This document shows, in pieces, positions 58,301 to 64,000 of a stretch of DNA of 64,000 nucleotides (position 1 is its first letter; each line of letters begins with the position of its first letter). This stretch comes from an uncultured Pseudomonadota bacterium (GTDB lineage Bacteria; Vulcanimicrobiota; Vulcanimicrobiia; Eremiobacterales; Eremiobacteraceae). The DNA lies in the NCBI GenBank assembly GCA_963736005.1, contig CAVTNB010000002.1:32001-96000 (forward strand), read 5' to 3'. Both the position numbers and the translations under genes were made by a program. The notes under the pieces were generated by a model. It was not told the DNA's origin, did not search any database, and saw only the letters and a list, made by a program, of their open reading frames with translations.

Positions 58301-61086
58301 GTGGCTTGCGCGCTTGCCACAGTTTTGTACTGCACCGCATTGACGTCCGTGTCGCTGCCCTCAACGACTTGCGTGGCGTTGCCGTACGTCATCTGCTGTA
58401 GTTCGAACTTGACATCGCGGCCGCGGAGCAACGATCCAGTCGCATCGGAAACGACAAACTTCACCGCGATCGGCTTGCCCGCCGTGCCGACCCAGTCACT
58501 CTGCAAGCCAATCAACGCATCGCCCGGCAACACCGTGAACGTCTTGGAATTTGCGACCGAGAGATTCGAGACATCTACCACTTGCGCGTCGACTTCGTAG
58601 GACAACGGATAGGGCACGCTTGCGTCAACCTTGATCTGCTGCTCGAACTTACCCGTGTCGTTTAACGCCTGCTTTGTTTGCACGACGTCGCTTGAAATCG
58701 ATGGTGGTTGCTCGGGCCAAAACCACTGCCGTCCAAAGGTGTAGTCGTCCCAACCTTTGGGAGAAAATGTTGTCTGCTGGCGCGTGACGTAATAACTGGC
58801 TTGACCTGCGGCCACCGGAGAGCCAAACAGATAGGCGCTCGTAGCCGAGGCAAGCACGGTATCGCCGGCGTAGGCGATATCTTTATCGAGCGTCAGATCT
58901 ACTTTGAAATTGGGCGGCTTGAACTCAGCGACGCGAAAATCACCCGTCACCGTCGCACCGTTGGCAGCCTTGGCAGATACCGAATAATACCCTAACGGCA
59001 AATTTAGGCGTAGCGGCAGCTCGAAAGAAAACATGCCGTAGGAATCGGTCGTGTGTTGGCCGAGATCGCTCTTGCTGCCATCCGGCGCGAGCAGGGTTAC
59101 TCGATACGGCGTACTGCGATCCTGATGCAACACGCCGTTTTGCACGTAGTAGGCGGCGCCCGTAAACTCGGCCTTTTCGCTGGGCTGATAGAGCGAGCGA
59201 TCGGAAAAAATCGCGCCGCGCGACTGAGGATCGCCGCGATCCCACTGGGCATCGATACCGTATCCATACGCACCAGCATAGGGATCCGTGCGCACGTAGG
59301 CCCAATCAGCGCCTTCGCGGGCAATGGCCACCAATGACGGCCCGCCGTAACTCCCGAGGCTGCCTGCGATGCAACGCTGCATCGCATCATAGGGGATGAG
59401 GAACGAGCCGCTCGCGTCCGTCGTACCGGTCGCGCACGGGGCCGCGGGCGAGCTGTAGACTTCGACCTGCGCAGCCGACACGTTCGAGCCATCGGAGAGA
59501 TGCTCCACGCGCACCAACCCTTGCGTTGGAAACCATTGCGCGAACACGCCGAGGTTCGTCAACTGGATGAATCCGTAAAACTTTATCAGCGGCGGGTCTT
59601 GCTGCGTCGTCGCCATGGCACCGTAGGCGAGCAAGCCGGTTGTGCCCCCGAGTTTCTGGCGCAGGGGAATGGCAATGTTCAGCACTTGATTTTTCGCCGC
59701 GTTGACGTGGAGGGCGGGCCAGCGTGAAGGATCAGGCAACATCGACCCATTGGAGTCGTCGGGATATGGGTTATCGTACGCGACGATGTCGCGAGGCTGC
59801 AGCACTCTGAAGGTTGCAAAATACTGAGCATTGACCAGATTCACGGCTGAAATATTTAACTGCAAGTTGTCGTCGGCCGGGAAGATATTCACACCATCAG
59901 GCATCCAAAAATTTGACGTCAGATCGCCGGTGGCGAGCGTGACCGCTTTGGTCGTGCCGAATGTTTGACCAAACGAATCAGTAACGCCCGGACCAACGGT
60001 AATGCGATAGGTCGTTCTTGGCGCAAGCCAGGCAGTATTGACCGTGACGGCGCTATCGCCGTCTGACACTTGCCACAAACCAGCGGTGCTCTGCGGCACG
60101 GGCGCCATCGAGAGATTCTTCTGCACGGAGTCTGCCACGAGCGGGTTGCTGAACTGCAACTGCGGCGAGCCGCCTACATACCGGTCGACGACTTGGGTAT
60201 TGCGACTCAGAGAAAAGTCGAGCACACCAAACGTTTTGATTTGACCGACGAACTGCTGTGTGCTCGGCAGGTTGCCGCGCGCCGGCATCAACCCAGCAGA
60301 TATGACCACGTTGTAGGTCGTGTTCTTGTCCAGCGGCTGCTTGGGAGTGACGAGATATGGCCACGCGCGGACCGAGGCATCGTAGCTCATCTGCGGTTGA
60401 TCTTCGTCATTCGGAGATGGCGTTTGCGATGTGTCCGGTACGATCGTCACGGGCGCCGTGGCTCTGGTGCGCGTGTTGACCAACGTGACGTGGTCGGCGA
60501 GCGACTGCGGATCAAGTTCGACATTTGATTTGAAACGGATCGTCGGCGTCAAACTCACTACTTGCGGTGGATTGCCGAGTGAATCCTGATTCGTCAAGCT
60601 GGGGAGATCTGTTATCTCGAGCGGCGCGGTGGTAAAGGTCCACGAAAGATCGCGGTCGAGCGTGTGACCGGATACATCGCCGAGTCCCGCGTGCACGGTG
60701 ATGCGGATGCGGGTTGCCAGCGGCAGCGCTTGGTCCTGCTGGAAGCCAACCATGCGCGGCGTCAAGAATCGAAAGCGACCAGCCAGTGCAGGATCGATGC
60801 TGAACTGCGCGAGTGCCTGCTGCTGCGACGGATCTTCGATTGCTTGCAGTGGAATGAGCGGATTTCGAAAAATGATGCGAATTTGCGCGAGCGATTTTGC
60901 TTCGCCTTGCGGGCTGATCTGCTCGATCCAGGCTGTCAGCGTGGGCGACGGAACGGGCGACACCGCGGGAAGCGCCCGCTCGGGCGCACCGCCCTTGACC
61001 GTCGCGCACGACGCCATGGCGCAACACAAAACAAGAATATGTAGTGTCGCGAATTTATTCGCGACTGCGCATCGCCTTGGTCTCAT
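55378..61086 (-). CDS. Bacterial alpha-2-macroglobulin family lipoprotein
   Basis: 1902 aa; FSDRSLYQP, VAEFKPPNF, LPDDLTTWR, DELPAGLE and YAPEEFGRT motifs; MASC lipobox. Confidence 0.93.
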   Translation of the reverse strand: MRPRRCAVANKFATLHILVLCCAMASCATVKGGAPERALPAVSPVPSPTLTAWIEQISPQGEAKSLAQIRIIFRNPLIPLQAIEDPSQQQALAQFSIDPALAGRFRFLTPRMVGFQQDQALPLATRIRITVHAGLGDVSGHTLDRDLSWTFTTAPLEITDLPSLTNQDSLGNPPQVVSLTPTIRFKSNVELDPQSLADHVTLVNTRTRATAPVTIVPDTSQTPSPNDEDQPQMSYDASVRAWPYLVTPKQPLDKNTTYNVVISAGLMPARGNLPSTQQFVGQIKTFGVLDFSLSRNTQVVDRYVGGSPQLQFSNPLVADSVQKNLSMAPVPQSTAGLWQVSDGDSAVTVNTAWLAPRTTYRITVGPGVTDSFGQTFGTTKAVTLATGDLTSNFWMPDGVNIFPADDNLQLNISAVNLVNAQYFATFRVLQPRDIVAYDNPYPDDSNGSMLPDPSRWPALHVNAAKNQVLNIAIPLRQKLGGTTGLLAYGAMATTQQDPPLIKFYGFIQLTNLGVFAQWFPTQGLVRVEHLSDGSNVSAAQVEVYSSPAAPCATGTTDASGSFLIPYDAMQRCIAGSLGSYGGPSLVAIAREGADWAYVRTDPYAGAYGYGIDAQWDRGDPQSRGAIFSDRSLYQPSEKAEFTGAAYYVQNGVLHQDRSTPYRVTLLAPDGSKSDLGQHTTDSYGMFSFELPLRLNLPLGYYSVSAKAANGATVTGDFRVAEFKPPNFKVDLTLDKDIAYAGDTVLASATSAYLFGSPVAAGQASYYVTRQQTTFSPKGWDDYTFGRQWFWPEQPPSISSDVVQTKQALNDTGKFEQQIKVDASVPYPLSYEVDAQVVDVSNLSVANSKTFTVLPGDALIGLQSDWVGTAGKPIAVKFVVSDATGSLLRGRDVKFELQQMTYGNATQVVEGSDTDVNAVQYKTVASAQATSGDSAQSVMLAPSAAGPYRIRANFGDAKDDTTATDTQVWVTGPGEVDWGAYDRNVLQVKLDRTTYHTGDIATALIQSPYPSGQLYFAVIRNKILYSAVQSVSGSAPEVKFRVTADMLPNAAVEAVLVRRGKPLRSLAPGSIDSLVRTGFAPFAINLDNKYLKVTLSPLHANLEPGAQQTVRLSVRDAQGKPRQGELAVMVVNETVLQLTGYRPPDLVQTVYAPQFISTIFADNRPNVVLQQMASPLQKGWGYGGGFLAGAASTRVRTNFAPLAYYNGALHTDASGSAQFSFRLPDDLTTWRVMAVAVAAGSDSTDFRFGNADTTFVTSKPLVTNPLLPQFARPGDSMQAGVSVTNVSAGSGTLDILGSLTGPLVFQSANNATSSTNFSTAAQAGTAAYRFTIFATGVGTAQVTFKSGIGGATDAFQVPLDIRTPSSVMESIVESGVTQASATIPIRVDPHVASDSGGLQIDLASTLIPEVTVPAMGVLNANDLPFLEPAASRLMVSADLKLLAQRYAQSLGSFNANASAAAALAQLAKLQKADGGFGWCPCSSESDVFVTPYAAKSLAAAQAAGLNVDPAMVARVKTYLKRKLADPDVCSGIEPCMSRVRLDILLALGDLGQARDDFLSDIYDNRERFDLLGQVELARYLLRFPAWQPQGTAMADKLQETIYVTGRFATINYPEEWGWLASPAVMRAQALRLYVARNSDPALLDKLLTSLLALRHNGTWQDSYDTAEALSALIAYGALMPQPPNFNAMSTLGGKTLQSVSFTGYKITTDQRTVPMADVPAGSNDLVLAKSGKGQLHYFVSYSYRLKGNQPGQLAGLRITREIRPANKDTVLAKMGLNAPNDPLTLAPGEIYDVGLEIITDHPVDHAVITDELPAGLEAVDTTFKTSTPYFEAMGDSWEIDYQTIYKDRVVAYASRLEAGVYTLHYLVRSVTPGSYLWPGADVHLQYAPEEFGRTSTSTLIVSQ
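61041..61065 (+). repeat. GTAG REP palindrome inside the 5' end of the alpha-2-macroglobulin ORF
   Basis: GTAGT-GTCGCGAAT-TT-ATTCGCGAC. Confidence 0.7.
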
Positions 61087-61157
61087 CGCCGTTGGCTCAC
61101 CCCTATACGCCGAAACCCAGGGAGCGATCGGCTCTTAGCCGACCGCGTTTGGCCTGC

Positions 61158-63458
61158 ATGAAGGTACGTCACTTTCTTGAACCTTCCCCCATGTTTTCGC
61201 GCCGGCGCATCTGGGGCGCCCTCGTCACCCTCGCGGGACTCGCCCTAGCGATCCGCCTGCTTCCTTATCTCGCACCCATTCGCGCCGGAGATATCATCCA
61301 GCACCAACAGGCGATTGAGTTTACCGATCGCAACGGTTTGCCGCTTGGCACGGTCCTCACGAGGGATCAAGAACACACAGTCGCGGTGCCACTCAGCGCG
61401 GTAGCGCCCAGCTTTCTGCACGCTATCGTTGCTGCAGAAGACAGCCGCTTTGCAAGCCACGGACCGGTCGACTACCTAGCGATGGCCCGTGCGTTGTGGC
61501 AGGACGTCCGCTACGGATATGCGGTGAGTGGCGCTTCGACAATCACGATGCAGCTGGCCCGGATGATTCGCCCCTCTCCGAGCACGATACCGGGCAAACT
61601 CCTCCAGGTCTGGACGGCCTGGCGTCTCGCGGCAGGCATGAGCCGCGCCGAGATCCTCTCCGCGTACGTCAATCGGGTGCCTATGGGCAGCAACCTCTAT
61701 GGCGTTGAGGCCGGCGCACGAACGTACCTCGGGCTGCCCGCCGCGCAGCTCGACCTCGCTCAAGCGAGCATGCTTGCGGCCATACCCAACGATCCAACCG
61801 AACTTTATCCGTACGAGAACTGGGGCGCACTCAAGGCGCGTCAGCGCTACGTGCTCGAGCGCATGCGCAAGGCGGGCTACATAGATCAAATGCAAGCACG
61901 ACGCGCAGCCGCGGAAGAAATCTCTCTACAGCCACGCGGAGAAGGCATCATTGCCGCGCCGCATTTCTTGTTCTGGCTTGCCGCCCAGCTGCCGGACGGC
62001 TCGGCGCGCGTGCGAACAACCATCGACCGCAATCTGCAGCAATTCGTTGAAGCCCAAGTCGCCCAAGTCATCGGCGATCTCTCTTCCCGCAACGTCCATC
62101 ACGCTGCCGTGCTTGTGATCGACAACCACAGCCGCGAAGTGCTGGCGTACGTCGGGTCGCCGGACTACTTTTCGGAAACCCAGATGGGACGCAACGACGG
62201 CGTCCAGGCTTTGCGTCAACCCGGTTCAGCACTCAAACCGTTTCTGTACGAATTGGCTTTGGAAACACACGCCATCCGTCCCAACACAATCTTAGCGGAC
62301 GTGCCAACCCACTACGCCATTCCGGGCGCGCTGCTCTACAGTCCCGTCGACTACAATGGATCGTACCTGGGTCCCGTCCGAGTGCGGGTGGCCCTTGCAG
62401 ATTCGCTCAACGTGCCTGCGGTTCGCGTGCTCTCGATGGTTGGCGTTCCTCAATTTCTCGATCGGCTCCACCAACTGGGCTTCGCTCATCTCACGCGCTC
62501 TCCGGACTTCTATGGCCTGGGCCTCACGCTCGGCGGTGGAGAGGTGAGCCTCTGGGAACTCACCCGGGCGTATGTGACCCTTGCGCACCAAGGCCAACCC
62601 GCTGACTTTGAAACGGTTCTTGGGATGGCCTCGGCCGGCCGAACTTCGTCGGAGCGCATCGGCGACATCACTTCATGGGAACTAGTGAGAGACATTCTCG
62701 CAGATTCGCATGCTCGTGCTCGAGCCTTTGGCGTCAATTCTGTCTTGGACATGCCGTTTTCGGCCGCGGTGAAGACCGGTACGTCATCTGACTTTCGCGA
62801 CACGTGGACTGTAGGATTCACAAATGACTACACCGTGGGCGTGTGGGTGGGCAACTTCAATGGCGATCCCATGCAGCATGTTTCCGGCGTCACCGGTGCT
62901 GGCCCGTTGTGGAATAGAATCCTGTTGCATCTGCATGAGGATCGAGACCCGCAGGCGTTCGCTGCGCCACAAGGTCTCGCACTAGAACCGATATGTGCGA
63001 CAACGGGTCTGCGGCCTACGCAATCTTGCAGCGCGGTTGTGTTTGAGTACTTGTATCCCCAAGACATGGCAGCGTATCTGGCGCCACCGCCTCCCGACCT
63101 CGCCCCGCTCTACGATCAGTGGATCTCGACCCAAGAAGCTGCGCAAGCCGAGCACTTGCGCATACTCTTCCCTCATAATGGGGACGTCTTTGTTTTTCAT
63201 CCGCGTGCGGCAGATTTTTCAAAGAACACACAGGCGCTGCGATTTCAAACAGCGGCCCGCACGGGTCAAGTGGTTCGGTTTTGGCTCAACGGCACGTCGA
63301 TCGGTAGCGATGCATCAAACGCCGCTTTCTGGCCGCTGCGCGTTGGAACGTGGACGCTCAAGGCCGCGACGAAGACGCAGAGCGATCGGGTAACCTTTAC
63401 GGTGCTTGAAGACCAAAGTCCGACATTGCGCCCTGGCTTTTCACTCGTCTCGCGCTAA
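61158..63458 (+). CDS. pbpC: Penicillin-binding protein 1C
   Basis: AEDSRF and GASTITMQLAR (transglycosylase); GSALKPF, SLN and KTGTS (transpeptidase); start at 61158 or 61191. Confidence 0.93.
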   Translation: MKVRHFLEPSPMFSRRRIWGALVTLAGLALAIRLLPYLAPIRAGDIIQHQQAIEFTDRNGLPLGTVLTRDQEHTVAVPLSAVAPSFLHAIVAAEDSRFASHGPVDYLAMARALWQDVRYGYAVSGASTITMQLARMIRPSPSTIPGKLLQVWTAWRLAAGMSRAEILSAYVNRVPMGSNLYGVEAGARTYLGLPAAQLDLAQASMLAAIPNDPTELYPYENWGALKARQRYVLERMRKAGYIDQMQARRAAAEEISLQPRGEGIIAAPHFLFWLAAQLPDGSARVRTTIDRNLQQFVEAQVAQVIGDLSSRNVHHAAVLVIDNHSREVLAYVGSPDYFSETQMGRNDGVQALRQPGSALKPFLYELALETHAIRPNTILADVPTHYAIPGALLYSPVDYNGSYLGPVRVRVALADSLNVPAVRVLSMVGVPQFLDRLHQLGFAHLTRSPDFYGLGLTLGGGEVSLWELTRAYVTLAHQGQPADFETVLGMASAGRTSSERIGDITSWELVRDILADSHARARAFGVNSVLDMPFSAAVKTGTSSDFRDTWTVGFTNDYTVGVWVGNFNGDPMQHVSGVTGAGPLWNRILLHLHEDRDPQAFAAPQGLALEPICATTGLRPTQSCSAVVFEYLYPQDMAAYLAPPPPDLAPLYDQWISTQEAAQAEHLRILFPHNGDVFVFHPRAADFSKNTQALRFQTAARTGQVVRFWLNGTSIGSDASNAAFWPLRVGTWTLKAATKTQSDRVTFTVLEDQSPTLRPGFSLVSR

Positions 63459-63467
63459 GTTCGCCCG

Positions 63468-63947
63468 TCAACGCCCTTCGACGCGTTTTCTATACACTTC
63501 GACTTCTTCTCGCAGCAACCCGGCGCTGAGTCCGACTTCAAAGACTAACGCCAGCGTTGCGAGCATGAGCACGAGTCCTCCCAGGAGCACGATAGAAGGA
63601 CCGAGCCATTCAAAGGGCGCGTGCGTCGCCTGATCGATCGCGAGCACGACGCTCGACAACAAGAACAACGCGATCGCGATGTAGTAGCCCCATAGGGCAT
63701 TACGGGCCAGTTCTGCCCGACGAAGTTGCCGATCGATGCGCTCTTCCACGAGCGCAAGGTCGACCATTTGGCCTTCCTTGCGCATTTGTTGACCCTGCAG
63801 GATGAAAGCGCGGGTCTGGTCCACAACGCGCCCAAGCCGGACAAGGGTGCTCGCGACAAGCGAGCCTGCCGCCAAGATCAAAATCGCCGGGGTGATCATG
63901 GCCGAAACCATGGACATGTCCGGGTTTATCAAAGGATAGCTTCCCAT
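63468..63947 (-). CDS. DUF2721-like membrane protein
   Basis: AMITPAILI...ST..RLGRVVD pattern; three TM segments. Confidence 0.75.
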   Translation of the reverse strand: MGSYPLINPDMSMVSAMITPAILILAAGSLVASTLVRLGRVVDQTRAFILQGQQMRKEGQMVDLALVEERIDRQLRRAELARNALWGYYIAIALFLLSSVVLAIDQATHAPFEWLGPSIVLLGGLVLMLATLALVFEVGLSAGLLREEVEVYRKRVEGR

Positions 63948-64000
63948 CGTCGGGACAGGATACGGTGCTTCGGGGACGCATCCATTTTGCCGGAGAATAC

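Overview
GC-rich bacterial chromosomal window, about 55 genes, with no rRNA, tRNA, CRISPR array or transposase seen. A soil lineage such as Eremiobacterota is a weak guess from gene style only. Single-base frameshifts occur in many genes, including the essential leuS, so most are probably read or assembly indels. (1) 1-12.6 kb, running off the left edge, is the accessory region and the best candidate for an undescribed system. It is a glycosylation locus (four glycosyltransferases, GmhA, GmhB, a sugar-phosphate nucleotidyltransferase, a sulfotransferase, an SDR, a phosphoesterase) interleaved with lasso-peptide-type maturation parts: a PqqD/RRE protein whose C-terminal tail looks like a fused leader plus core peptide, an HprK-related kinase, an NTP_transf_5-type nucleotidyltransferase fused to a degenerate S24/S26 peptidase domain, and a stand-alone B2 transglutaminase-like peptidase. 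No lasso cyclase or free precursor is in view. (2) 12.6-24 kb: amine oxidase, comEC, galE-like epimerase, leuS, amtB, comEA. (3) 24-30 kb: GntR-led polyamine/beta-alanine catabolic operon. (4) 31-44 kb: PaaK-like ligase, acyl-CoA dehydrogenase, tsaE-tsaB-rimI-yqeK-rsfS, gyrA-trxA-selA-selB. (5) 44-53 kb: permeases and a sulfur-handling cluster (rhodaneses, persulfide dioxygenase-like MBL, TauE, TsdA-like cytochrome), msrA. (6) 53-64 kb: M48 protease, a thioester-less alpha-2-macroglobulin and pbpC. GTAG-headed REP palindromes of three subfamilies recur, often supplying stop codons.
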